From: Squalus acanthias
Taxonomy: Eukaryota
Length of the DNA stretch: 64,000 nucleotides
Direction of reading: 5' to 3'
Assembly: GCA_030390025.1 (NCBI GenBank)
Contig: CM059432.1
Location: 118,794,001-118,858,000 of the forward strand
Notes under the pieces: model-generated
The model's database searches: none
What the model saw: only the letters and a program-made list of their open reading frames with translations
What the model was told of the DNA's origin: nothing
Made by a program: the position numbers and the translations under genes
Shown: one piece after another, positions 35,095 through 47,599 of the stretch
Layout: every line of letters starts with the position of its first letter
Numbering within the stretch: position 1 is the first letter of the stretch

Positions 35095-36877
35095 GGGTAA
35101 TGTTGAGGGTTCGGGAAGAGCAAACACATTTGTTGATTTTGACATTTCAACTTAATTAAAGTTTATAATGACTGTAAATATGTTGTTTGTACTGAGAACT
35201 GTTCGTTTTCCTGTTTAATGTTCAATAAATTTGTCTGTTGGTTTATATCCTGAGTCATGGTCTGATAGATATATTGTTCTGCCTACCAAAGTTAAACACA
35301 GGAACATAGGAACAGGAGACGACCATTTACCCCCTCAAGCCATTCAATTAGATCGTGTACCTCTACTCCATTTACCTGCCTTTTTTCCATATCCCTTGAT
35401 ATCCTTACCTAATATAAATTTATTGATCTCAGTCTTGAAAATTTCAATTGACCTAGAATACATAACCTTTTGAGGGAGTGAATTTCAGATTTCCACTACC
35501 CTTTGCGTGAAAAAGTGCTTCCTGATTTCACTCCTGACTTCACCGCCTAGCTCTAATTTGAAGATTATTTTTCTTCTGGATTCCCCCACCAGAGGAAATA
35601 GTTTACCATTATCTACCCTATCAAATATCTTAATCATTTTAAATGCTTTTATTAGATCTTCTTTCAATTGTATCAACTCAAGTGAATACAAGCCAAGTTT
35701 ATGCAACCTGTTCTCATAATTTAACCTTTTATGCTCAGGTATAATTCTGGTGAATCTATGCTGTATACCTTCCAAGGTCAATATATCATTCCTAAGGTGT
35801 GGTGTCCAAAACTGAATGCAATACTCCAGGTGGGGTCTGACCAAGGCTCTGTACAACTGAAGCATCATGTCCTCACTTTTGAATTCCAACCCCATTGAGA
35901 TGAAGCCCAACATTCCATTAGTCTTTTTGATTACTTTTTATAACCTGTGCACTAATGCTTAATGATTTATATACCTGGTCATCCAAATCTTGTTTCTCCT
36001 CAATAGCTCCTAGTCTCTCACCATTAAGAAATATTCTGATTTGTCTTTCTCAAATCCAAAGTGGATGACCTCACACTTCTCCACATTGCATTGCCATAGT
36101 TGTGCCCACTCACTTAGTCTGCCTATGTCTCTTTCTAACTTCCTGTTCCTTTCTGCACAATTTACTGTGCCTCCTAACTTAGTGTCATCTGCAAACATGG
36201 ATATACAACTCTCTATTTCTTCTTTGAAGGAATAAATGTCATTAATATATATGATGAGACATGAGATCCCAGTATAGATCTCTGAGGGATCCCAATTGTC
36301 ACATCCTGTCAATCAGAGAATGAACACTTTGGCCGGAATTTTCCAGGGTCCGTGTGGGCACGATCGGAGGCGGGTTGGGTGGGAAAATTGACATTTCTTG
36401 CAGCGGGTCGGGAACCTGCCATCATCCTGCCCCCACCTGCCTTTCCCTCGAGCACATCTATCAGGGCAGCAGTGACCTGACCAACAGAGGGGGGCGACCC
36501 AATTTAAAGGATTATTAGCTTGTTGTCAGACCCTTAGGAGTCTTTTTAACCTTACCTTTCCAATTTCACTGGGTGCCCACGGGACTCACGCTGCTCAGGA
36601 ACTACGTCTGTCAACCTGAGGCGGGAGTTCAATTGCCATTGATCCAGCTGATTAGTTGACAGCATCAAATGTTGTATAAAACCTCCCACCTGACAGCTGA
36701 TCACATTCCACAGGCAGAAGCTGTTGCGGACTGCATTCTCAGCACAGTTTGAGCTTTCTGCAGGCTGTAAGTCTTTCCAGCAAAGTTTCTATCCAGTGTC
36801 ACCTCATTGGAAGAACTCTCTCACCATTGACAGAGTGCTCTGTCATCTCTACTTGACCTCCCATCTATTCCATCAGC

Positions 36878-38078
36878 ATGGGTGTCATTTATACTGTCTC
36901 ACCTTGGTCCTCAGAATCCTACCACGATGAGCCCCAACACCAGCAGCACCAGGCACACCAACAGCACCAACAACAACACCACCAACCTTCTCCTCAACGC
37001 CCTGATGCTGCACAGGACAGAGGGCATCAGCGCAGGCTGCACTGCGCCATAGTCGATACCCACAACACAGGGTATACAGGCAGAGGATGAGCTTCCTCAA
37101 CATGATTGAGCAGCAGTGCCAACGGAGGCTCAGGGAATTGCGCCAGGTTATCGCAGACATTTGCACTTTGCTGGAGCAGGACCTACAGCCCAGAGGAGCG
37201 GGTGGACATGCCTTACCAGTGGCTGTCAAAGTCACCAGCACCCTCAACTTCTTCGCCTCAGGCTCCTTCCAGGAATCTGCAGCAGACATTTGTGGCATCT
37301 CGCAGTCGGCCGCCTACAGATGCATCACACAGTTCACCGATGCCCTTTTTGACAAGTCCGGCAATTATATCAACTTTGCCAGTGATGAAGCCAGTGTTAT
37401 TGAGCAGAGGCTCGGCTTTGCCACTCTGGCTGGCTTCCCATTGGTGCCGGGCGTCATCGACTGCACACATGTGGCCATCAAGGCACCCCATCATCACCCA
37501 GGAGTGTTTGTCAACTGCAAGGGCTTCCACTCCCTCAATATGCAGCTGGTCTGCAACCATAGGAAGATCATCATGCATGTGTGCGGCAAATTCCCTGGCA
37601 GCTGCCATGACTCTTTCGTCCTTCGCCAGTCCACCCTCCCTCAGCTCGTCACTCCTCCAAACAGACTTTCCGGCTGGCTGCTTGGAGACAAGGGCTATCC
37701 ACTGAAGACGTGGCCTTGAGGAGACCAAGTACTGAGGCGCAGGAGAGATATAATGAAAGCCACATTTCCACCAGATATGTCATCGAGCAGACAATAGGCA
37801 TGCTCAAAATGCGATTCAGATACCTTGATAGATCTGGAGGAGCCCTTCAGTACACACCAGCCAGGGTCTCCAGAATCATCATGGTCTGCTGCGCCCTGCA
37901 CAAAATAGCGCAGCAGCGGGGATTAGCGCTGTATGAGGAGCAAGGCACTGAGCGCGCAGCCTCTTCAGAGGAGGAGGAGGAGGAGCAGGAGGAACCTGCG
38001 GTCCAGATCACACCAGCACCCAAGCACATTGCTACCCAGGAGGCCAGGGATGACCTCATCATGGTCAGATTTACTTAA
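36878..38078 (+). pseudogene. Harbinger DDE transposase (HARBI1-like), two frameshifts
   Basis: His/Gln-rich N-terminus; [45 protein letters not shown] and VIEQTIGMLKMRFR. Frameshifts near 37040 and 37715. Confidence 0.92.
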
Positions 38079-38391
38079 ATTCATGCATTACACCCATATG
38101 ACTGCCACATGCTGTGCCAAGTTCCCCCCCCCACACCCCACAACAACACCATAAAGCATCCCTACAATGAACAAGCCATTCCTTTCACACTGACCACGAT
38201 TGCTGGAGGTAACTAGATGCCTCACCATTCACTCCAACGCACTAAGCCACTAAGTGGTGAAAATAATAATTTTTATCTGTGACATCACAGTAACGGAATC
38301 TTCACATGAACAGTTATTAAAACACCCAAGTGGCTACCCTTGTGCATCTACTTGTGTGTCATCTTTCTCTTATGCCTGCTTCTATGAGGTG

Positions 38392-40593
38392 CTACCCCTG
38401 TGGCTTCAGCAGAGGTAGAGGCAGGCTGCTCACTTCCTTGCTACGACTGCATAAACACTTTTGGCGGACGTCCTCTGGGTCTTGCAGTCTGTGATGGCTC
38501 TTCCAAAGTCTGCTCCTCCTGCGACTGAGGGGGAGGCAACCAGGGAGAAGTGTGAGCGCTTTGAGAGGAGCCCCCACTTCCATGTCCCCTCTCACTGTCA
38601 TCCCTGTCATGTCCACCCACACTTCCCTGCTAGCAAGGAGCTGAAGAGAACCTTGCTACACAGCAGTGGGGCCATGAGGACCCAAGTCTACATTTACATC
38701 CCTTCTAAACAGAGGTCTATGAGCGTCTGCCATCTTTTCTCCATAGATAGCCATTTATTCTCCATAGATTCCATGTGCTCATGTGAGTGGCACATTAGCT
38801 GCTCCATGCAGGTGGCCAGCCTTTCTATGGAAGAGCTTACAGTTGCCATTGCCTGTGACACACTGGTGCTCATGTTGGAGATGGACTCCTCCATTCTCTG
38901 CATATTTGCAGACATCGCGGTTGCAAAACCTGTTAAAGCCTCCTGCACTTCTTCCTGCACCTCCAGGATTGCCCTCTTTCTCGATGGCCCCCGAGGCTCA
39001 GTGTCTGCATGTAGCTGAGCAGAGCTAGGAGCGTCCTGCGCCCTCCGGCGAGGACTCTCCACTGCTGTCCCTGTCTCCACCATCTCCTCTTGCTCACTTG
39101 TGAATATTGAGACACCAGGTGACAACAATACCCAATCTCGCATAGGACCCACCGAGGTGTGTGTATCTGCGCTGGTGCTGGGTGCGCTTATGTCTGATGG
39201 TGGTGTGCCCTCAGAGGCTGGAGGCTCCTCTGAGGAGTTGTCTTCCTCTTCCTCCTGGACAGTCGGGGATTGGGGGGCAGTGGGCCACTCTTGATGGACC
39301 TGTGGGAGAGTAAAGAGATGTTTTAGATATGTCATATCAAGAATGGGTAACAACATCATTAGGCACATGATGAACATTCACTGGCTGCTGACATCAGTCC
39401 CCATATGAGTGATTGCTGTATGCCATGTGGTTGTATGAGATGTAATTCTGTCACCAGGTTGCTGAGACGTCCACCTCTCTCCGTCTTCCACCTCCAGCTG
39501 CTCGGCCACTCCCGAGACTTCCTGGGCGTCCTCCTCTGCTGCAGTTAAGGCGGCAATGATGGAGGCACACCTCCAGTTCTCTCCCTCTCCCTCTTAGTTT
39601 GGGCTCTCTTCTCTTGCTCGGAGGCAGAGAACAAAAGTTTGAGTTAAAGTGATGGAATGAGTGTAAGGAATGGATAGGTAACGTCTTTAGAGGGTGACTC
39701 TGAGGGAGTGTCGTGCCTATGCCAAATGGCCTCCTTGTGTGTTGCTAATTGGTATGATTGCATTAGGATGAGGGTGAGCGTGAGGGTGAGGGGTGGCTAG
39801 TCAGATGGGGATGTGATAATGTATATATAGAGAGAGGAATGGGTGGATGTGCAAGGTAAGTTGGTGTGAGTAAGGATGTGCAGGAGTAGGGTAGGGAAGG
39901 CAGAGTGGTTAGCACTGGTGCCTCACAGCGCCAGAGACCCGGGATCGAATCTGACCTCGGGTGACTGTCTGTGTGGAGTTTGCACATTCTCCCCGTGTTT
40001 GCGTGGGTTTCCTCCGGGTGCTCCGGTTTCCTCCCACAGTCCAAAAATGTGTGGGTTAGGTTGATTTGGCTATGATAAATTGACCCTTAGTGTTAGGGGG
40101 GATTAAATATGTGGGGTTATGGGGATAGGATGGGATATGTTAGGGGGAATTAAATACGTGGGGTTACGGGGGTAGGGTGGGATATGTGTACTGTGGGGAT
40201 TAAAGCAGGGACAGGGTACTGGATTTGGATGATCAGCCATGATCGTATTGAATGGCGGAGCAGGCTCGACGGGCCGAATGGCCTACTCCTGCTCCTAGAT
40301 TCTATGTTTCTATGTTTCTATGATGGGGATGTGATGAGAGGCACAGCAGCATGAAGTTGAGTGTGGCTTTGTACTCACCTTTACTGATCTAATGAGATCA
40401 TTGAAATGTTTCCAGCACTGCACCCAGGTCCTCCTGACCACATCCCTTCTGTTGACCTCCTCTGCTATTTGGAGCCAGGCTCCTTTGGTCTGATGGGGAG
40501 GTCTCTTCTGCCCATCTGAAGGGAAGAGGACCTCCCTGCATGGAGGGAGTCATCTGAGAACCTGGGTGCAGCCCTCTGCCTCTGTGCAGTCAT
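38392..40593 (-). pseudogene. Harbinger ORF2, spliced Myb/SANT-like DNA-binding protein (3 exons, decayed)
   Basis: Exon 1 40593-40379 (MTAQRQRAAPRFSDDSL..REVLFPSDG..AWLQIAEEV..RTWVQCWKHFNDLIRSVK, then GTGAGT). Exon 2 ~39614-39455 (EKRAQ..RERERTGG). Exon 3 from the cacag acceptor at ~39299, acidic then coiled-coil-like. 3' boundary approximate. Confidence 0.82.
39899..40322 (+). mobile_element. HE1-like V-SINE in intron 1 of the Harbinger Myb gene
   Basis: tRNA-like head (gtggttagcac..gggatcgaatc), V-domain (tgtgtggagtttgcacattctccccgtg..gggtttcctccgggtgctccggtttcctcccaca) and CR1-derived 3' tail with (TTTCTATG)n. Confidence 0.88.
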
Positions 40594-40689
40594 GTTTGCT
40601 TGTGTTTGGAACACTCCAATGGTACAATACAGTGACTGCACACTCCTAGATGAACCTTCAAATGCAATGTGGCCATGGCTCCTTTAAGT

Positions 40690-40794
40690 CATCTTTTTAC
40701 TTCACCCGACGAAGGAGTAGTAAGCTCCGAAAGCTTGTGATTTCAAATAAAACTGTTGGACTATAACCTGGTGTTGTGCGACCTCTCAATTTTG
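40690..40794 (+). mobile_element. Penelope-like pLTR fragment with degenerate hammerhead
   Basis: Same sequence family as 13599-13695. Flanked by TCCTTTAAGT duplication (40680-40689 / 40795-40804). Core reads CCGACGA..GAAAGCTT. Confidence 0.75.
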
Positions 40795-41180
40795 TCCTTT
40801 AAGTATCCCAGCTGAAAATGCATCATCGATGATGTCATCAGACCCGCACCATTTAATAGGACCAGGTAACACACAGGGCTGCCTTAATAGGCGCCATTAA
40901 CGGAAAGTCAATCTCAGGAGCAGAATGGAATGAGTAGCAGGGTCATGACCCACCACGGCGACCGCCCGCACCCGACCCGCCCAATTACAGAAAATTCCGG
41001 CCTTTATCCCTACTCTCTGTCTTCTACCTCCCAACTAATTACCAATCCATGTCACAAAGTTACCTCCGAATCCGTGCGCTCTCAATTCTGCTAATAATCT
41101 CTTATGTGGAACCTTATCAAATACCTTCTGGAAGTCCATATAGACAACGTCCATAGGCACTCCCTCATCCATCATGGAAT

Positions 41181-41390
41181 TAAGAACATAAGAATATAAG
41201 AAATAGGAGCAGGAGTAGGCCATACGACCCCTCGAGTCTGCTCCACCATTCAATAAGATCATGGCTGATCTTCGACCTCAACTTTCCTGCCCAATCCCCA
41301 TATGCTTTGATTCCCCAAGAGTCCAAAAATCTATCTATCTCAGCCTTGAATATACTCAGCGACTCAGCATCCACAGCCCTCTGGTGAAGA
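41181..41390 (-). mobile_element. CR1 LINE 3' end
   Basis: Tail and 3' UTR as in 34849-35094. Confidence 0.88.
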
Positions 41391-41399
41391 GAATGTCAT

Positions 41400-43360
41400 G
41401 TCATAGGAACATAGGAACAGGAATAGGCCATTCAACCCCTCAAGCCTGTTCCGCTATTCAATGAGATCATGGCTGATCTGCAACCTAACTCCATCTATCT
41501 GTCTTGGTTCAGTAAACGCTTAATACCCTTGCATAAAACAAACCCATCAGTCTCAGTTTTTAAATTTTCAATTGTCCCAGCCTCAACAGCTTTTTTTGGG
41601 AGAGAGTTCCAGATTTCCACTACCCTTTGTGTGAAGAAGCGCTTTCTGACATCACCCCTGAATGTCCTCTTGTTCTGGACTCCGCCACCAGAGGAAATAG
41701 TTTCTCTCTACTACCCTATCAACTCCTTTAAACATCTTAAATGCCTTAACTAGATCACCCCTTAATCTTCTATATTCAAGGGAATACAAGCCTAGTCTAT
41801 GCAACCGCTCCTCATAATTTAACCCTTTTAGTCCCAGTATCATTTTGGTGAATCTGCGCTGCACCCCCTCCAAGGCTAATGTATCCTTCCTGAGGTGCAA
41901 TGACCAGAACTGAATGTAGTACTTTAAATGGGGTATAACCAGAGCTTTATGTAACTGTAACATAACTTCTACTCATTTGTATTCCAGCCCCCTTGAGATA
42001 AAGGCCAACATTCCATTAGCCTTTTACATTATTTTTTGTACCTGTCCTCTAGCTTTTAGTGATTTCTGTACTTGGACCCCTAAATCTCACTGCTCCTTCA
42101 CAGTTCCTAGCTTCTTGCCATTTAGAAAATACTCTGATCTATCTTTCTTAGGTCTGAAGTGGATGACCTCACACTTTCCCACATTGAACTCCATCTGCCA
42201 CGGTTTTCCCACTCACTTAATCTATCAATGTCCTTTTGCAACTTTCTGCTCCCATCTACACTATTTACTGTGCCACCTAACTTGGTGTAATCTGCAAACT
42301 TGTATATACTACTCTCTATTCCTTCTTTGAACAAAAATGTATATATATGATGAAAAGCTGAGATTCTAGTATAGATCTCTGGGGAACATCCTGCCAATTT
42401 GAGTACATACCCATTATCCCTGCTCTCTGTGTCCTACCTTCTAACCAATTCCCTACCCATGTCAACAGGTTGCTTCCAATTCCATGCACTCTCATTCTTG
42501 TTAATAGTCTCTTATGTGGAACCTTATCAAATGCTTTTTGGAAGTCCATATAAATAACATGCATACACTCTCTTATCTACCACGTTTGTTACCGCCTCAA
42601 AAAATTACACTAGGTTTGTGAGACATGATTTACCCTTTATAAACCCATGCTGGCTCTCTCTGATCAGCTCATATTTGTCCAAATGCTCAGTCACTCTGTC
42701 CCTAATAACAGATTCTAGTAATTTCCCCACAACAGACGTTAGACTAATGGGCCTATAATTCCCTAGTTTATCTCCTTTACCCTTTGTAAACAGTGGAGTG
42801 ACATTGGCAAGTTTCCAATCCAAAGGGACAATTCCAGAATCAAGAGACTAATGGAAGATCATGACTAGAGCATCTACAATTTCCTCACTTACTTGTTTTA
42901 ATATCTTGGGGTGGAAACCATCAGTTCCTGGAGATTTGTCTATATTTAATCTCATTATTTTCTCCATTACCATTATTTTACTTATATTAAATCGAGCAAG
43001 TTCCTCCCCTTGATTTATTTTTACTTTTCCTCCTATCTCTGGTACTGTATCCCCACTGTGAAGACCGATAAAAATAAATATTTATTAAGTCTGCAATTTT
43101 CTGATTTTCAATTACAATATCACCTGCGTCTGTCTTTAAGGGACCACACATTACTTTTAGCCACCCTCTTTCTCTTAATATACTTTTAAGAACCTTCATT
43201 ATTGAACATCCCTCACAAATTGTTTCTCGTATTCCCTTTTTGCAGCTCTTACTACTTTCTTTGTATCCCTTTTCTGTTCTTTATATCTCTCCCAGTCCTC
43301 AGGCTCTCCACTGTTCTTTGCATTGGCATCAGCCCTTTCTTTTAGGTTTATACTATCACT
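41400..43360 (-). mobile_element. CR1 LINE, ~2 kb, degraded ORF2
   Basis: [45 protein letters not shown] and KFADYTKL, in several frames. Confidence 0.9.
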
Positions 43361-45410
43361 TCTGTGGTGCCACATGATATATTTTAATAAGATGGAGTAG
43401 TGCGACAAAGATTCTCTGTCTGACTTCTGAGTCTCACTACATTCATCTAAATATTGGGTGGGTAGAGGCACATTCATAGGTGACACGAGGTCAGCTTACA
43501 GGAGTGGCCAGTGATACTGAACCTAAGGAAATATCAAGCATAGCAACTCAAAAAACATAACACCTACATGTTCCATAAGATGTTCCATCTGTGCTGTAGG
43601 CCCTATCACTCAAAACCTTACGATGAGACAGCAGCAGATGACAGATTTTCAAATAGTCGACTATCTTTATATGTGGTCTTGAGGAGCCACACACAGATTG
43701 ATTCTTGATAAGTCAAATGACCTAGGCCGCTACTTCAGTTGTCTCTCCAGTTCTTGGTCTGCTATTCCTCCCTCTAATATATGGATTTGTTAAAAATGCT
43801 ATCAAACATGCATCACTTACAGACCACTCTGTTGGAAGAAAAGTTTCTGATCTCTGTTTTATTAAAGATATATTGAAATAATTGAATTCCCTGTTTCCTA
43901 CTCCCCAATATAACCCCAAAATGCAGGTCAAATCCTGTATGTGCAAGGGTGAGGATGGAGAAGAAAAGCACAGAAACAGTTTGATTTCCCCACCCTGCTG
44001 TTATGTGTACTTCACAAAATGCACAGGAAACAAATCTGTGAAAGTACAGGAAAAAGTGTGGTGTACAGAAAATGTTGATCTCGATTTGTGACCATTGTGA
44101 GATAGAGCACATTACCGGGGTAATTTTTCAAGTATGGTCTAGCAGGAGATAACTCTTGCCTGCCTCCAATGTATATCAGGTGCTTTGCTCGTGATTTTCC
44201 AGTATGCACTGGCATCAGCGGAGTCGCAACACATGTATTTTCAGTTGAAGTGGGAATTGTACTGAACAGAGCTCACACAACTGACCTGGGAAGTTCAATT
44301 GTATTCCCCCCCCACCCCAGTTTTACAGTCAGATTGGTCATCAGACTAATATTCGATCATTTCTTTTCGTCTATTCCCTCCTCCCATCCAATTTTCTCCC
44401 CTCCTCTCATGAAGGTGCTGACTATTGTTGGAGTCTGGTTCCGTGGGCACTGGCAGTCCTCGAGGACCATCCTTCATGTGTGTCAGCAGGCTTTTTAATT
44501 GTGAAGACATCATGGCTGAGCCTGATGCCATTCTCGCCTGCTGTCTACTGCATGCACACTTGCTAGTAGGAGTTACTTGATAAGATCAGCACGGCTCTAA
44601 TTTTACCATGGTAATATTTTAGCATGAATCATGGATTGGTAACAGAAATCATGTGTTGTTGGAGGGGGAGTGTGGGTCTAGGGTATTCAAAGGTGGGGAG
44701 GTATTGGTTAGACTGTCTTTGGGGGATATAACTTGCTGCTGAGGTCAAGCTGAACAGTTATACTGCTGTCTCAGGCGGGCTCCAGTTTAATGAGGGGGGA
44801 GCAGCTGCCAGAGTTTGGCTGGGCTTTTCCTGAGCCTCAATTCTATACGTTTCACCTCATGCTTTCTAGTTGCTGCTCCCAGTTTTTGCTCGTTGCCTGT
44901 TTCTTTTTCCCTAATGCTTGGTTTATCAAGTGGATCTAATGGCGGGACTTTGCGAGCCGAGGGCTTCCCAGTTGCAACACTCAGTTGGAGTTTCTATCAA
45001 GGGCAGTTGAGGGAGTCAGTTTGAATGGGGTCTGGTGTGCAGCTGAACAGCGGTGAGTCAGCTGAGGTTGCAGACTCCAGGCTTGGCACCTGTATTGATG
45101 AAGGTGGGATCACTGGAGTGCATATACTTGGTGCAGCTCAAAGGGCAGCTGGAGCAAGAGGTCCAGAAAGCTAGGAGGTGTTGGGTGCTGGATAAGGATC
45201 CAAACTCTGGTTGGAGGCATTCTTGGACGTTTGATCACATGATATTCTGACCATGCGATACCTGATCACATGATATTTGTTCACATGACTGCTATAAATG
45301 TTATTGCATTTGCCTTATAAAGGTTGGGTCCCCTGTAGTTGAGTATTTTTGCTTGTGATTTCGTACCAGCAGCTGTTGTGCCAAGAACCAGGAGAGCACT
45401 TGTGAGCAGG

Positions 45411-46360
45411 CGAAGAGGGGAAACCGAGAGCGCGGCAGAGGGGAAACCGAGAGCGGGGAAGAGGGGAAACTGAGAGCGGGGAAGAGGGGAAACTGAGAGC
45501 GGGGAAGAGGGGAAACCGAGAGCGGGGAAGAGGGAAATCGAGAGCGGGGAAGAGGGGAAACTGAGAGCGGGGAAGAGGGGAAACTGAGAGCGGGGAAGGG
45601 GGGAAACTGAGAGCGGGGCAGAGGGGAAACTGAGAGCGGGGAAGGGGGGAAACCGAGAGCGGGACAGAGGGGAAACCGAGAGCGGGGCAGAGGGGAAACC
45701 GAGAGCGGGGCAGAGGGGAAACCGAGAGCGGGGCAGAGGGGGAAACTGAGAGCGGGGACAGAGGAAGCAGGGCAAAGGGGAAACCGAGAGCGGGGAAGAG
45801 GGGAAACCGAGAGCGGGGAAGAGGGGAAACTGAGAGCGGGGCAGAGGGGAAACTGAGAGCGGGGAAGAGGGGAAACCGAGAGCGGGGAAGAGGGGAAACC
45901 GAGAGCGGAGCAGAGGGGAAACTGAGAGCGGGGCAGACGGGAAACTGAGAGCAGGGAAGAGGGGAAACTGAGAGCGGGGCAGAGGGGAAACAGAGAGCAG
46001 GGAAGAGGGGAAACCGAGAGCGGGGAAGGGGGAAACCGAGAGCGGGGAAGAGGGGAAACTGAGAGCAGGGTAGAGGGGAAACTGAGAGCGGGGAAGGGGG
46101 GAAACCGAGAGCGGTGAAGAGGGGAACCCGAGAGCGGAGATTATGGGAAACCGAGGGCGGGGAAACCGATGGCGGGGAAACCGAGAGCGGGGAAGAGGGG
46201 AAACCGAGAGCGGGGAAGAGGGGAAACCGAGAGCGGAGAAGAGGGGAAACTGAGAGCGGGGGAACCAAGGGCGGGGAAGAGGGGAAATGGAGAGTGGGGA
46301 AGAGAGGAAACCGAGGACAGTGAAGACAGGAAACTGAGGATGGGGAAGAAGGGAAACTGA
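45411..46360. repeat. 23-bp G-rich minisatellite, followed by C22 run (46371-46392)
   Basis: Unit GAGGGGAAAC(C/T)GAGAGCGGGG(A/C)A, about 40 copies, degenerating towards the right. Confidence 0.95.
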
Positions 46361-47057
46361 GGAAACATCGCCCCCCCCCCCCCCCCCCCCCGATTTAAGA
46401 GACCCTCCATTTCAGAGACTTAAGTGACACGAGGGGCATATCAGGATATCACAAGCAAAACCACCAGGACATAGCAGGATAACACATCAAGAGGTGACCC
46501 TTTGGTGTCTGATTTACATTTTAGACAATTCCAAGCAATGCTCACAGAAACCAGAATGTCCAGTCCAAAAGCTGACAGCTGCTGACCTGACCCGGTAGGA
46601 GAGCAGAGTCTGATGTCTAAATCTCAGTGATTTAATAGACACACGGCAGCCTGCTCTTGCTCTTGCTTCAGATCTCAGTTTTATAATAATGTTGCTTTAG
46701 CGGGAGTCGGCTATACAAGTTCCACCAGCACAGCATTGAGCTGACCCTGTGAGGCCCACCGAGACTCCCTAATTGCTGAGGTGGAATTGCAAACAGCCAC
46801 GATCCCGAGCCCCCTCCCGATTGCCATCACTTCAGCCCTCTCCCCCCACACTGCGACTGCACTGTATGCTGTCCCGGCTCCCTGCGAATGACGTCATGGA
46901 GTGGAGGGGATGGGGGAGGTGCGGCGGGAAATTTAAATCTCTCCTCTCCTGGGCCGCTGGAGGCAGCGTTCGGGGGAGGGAACCCCTGATTCCAGGAAAC
47001 TGCCGGTCATTCCGGGAGGGTTGGGAACCCTAGTGCTGGGGCAGGTGATCATGCTGC

Positions 47058-47559
47058 CTAGAGGCCCCAACTGGAGCATTGTGTCCAATTCTGGGCACCA
47101 CACTCTAGGAAGGATGTGAAGGCCTTAGAGAAGGTGCAGAAAAGATTTATGAGAATGATTCCAGGAATGACAGCAGAGAAGATTGAGAGGAGATTTAATA
47201 GAGGTGTTCAAAATCATGAGGAGTCTAGACAGAGTAGATAGAGAGAAACTGTTCCCATTGGCAGAAGGGTCGAGAACCAGAGGACACTGATTTAAAGTGA
47301 TTGGCAAAAGAACCAAAGGTGATGTAAGAGAAAACTTTTTTACGCAGCGAGTGGTTAAGATCTGGAATGCACTGCCTGAAAGCGTGGTGGAGGCAGACTC
47401 AATCTTACCTTTCAAAAGGGAGTTGGATAAGTATCTGAAGGAAAAAAAGTTGTAGGGCTACGGGGAAAGGGCTGGGGTGTGGGAACAAGCTGAGAGTGGG
47501 CATGGGCTCGACGGGCCGAATGGCCTTCTTCCGTGCTGTAACCATTCTATGATTCTATG
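47058..47559 (+). mobile_element. CR1 LINE 3' fragment
   Basis: RPQLE.CVQFWAP region to the 3' UTR with attctatgattctatg tail; internal deletions. Confidence 0.88.
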
Positions 47560-47599
47560 TTGTGGGTCATCCTGTCCAACAAAAAAAATTAAAATCGCA

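Larger units (their letters stand above)
36331..41002. mobile_element. Complete (decayed) autonomous-type PIF/Harbinger DNA transposon
   Basis: Perfect 13-bp TIRs GGCCGGAATTTTC / GAAAATTCCGGCC. 3-bp TSD TTT (36328-36330 / 41003-41005). Convergent transposase and Myb/SANT genes. Confidence 0.93.
35296..41178 (-). mobile_element. Older CR1 LINE split by the Harbinger insertion (35296-36330 and 41003-41178)
   Basis: RT motifs on both sides. Empty site reads gaatgaacac-TTT-atccctactctctg, colinear with CR1 at 42400-42430. Confidence 0.85.

Noticed and set aside
36878..38078. Domesticated host HARBI1 gene
   Set aside because: Frameshifted, bounded by TIRs and a TSD, and inserted in a CR1: a transposon copy, not the host gene.
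39899..39965. tRNA gene (also heads near 7000-7060 and 27650-27720)
   Set aside because: A/B-box heads continue directly into SINE bodies; no complete cloverleaf.
45281..46410. Pro/Ser/Leu-rich ORFs (164 and 317 aa)
   Set aside because: Translations of the 23-bp minisatellite.
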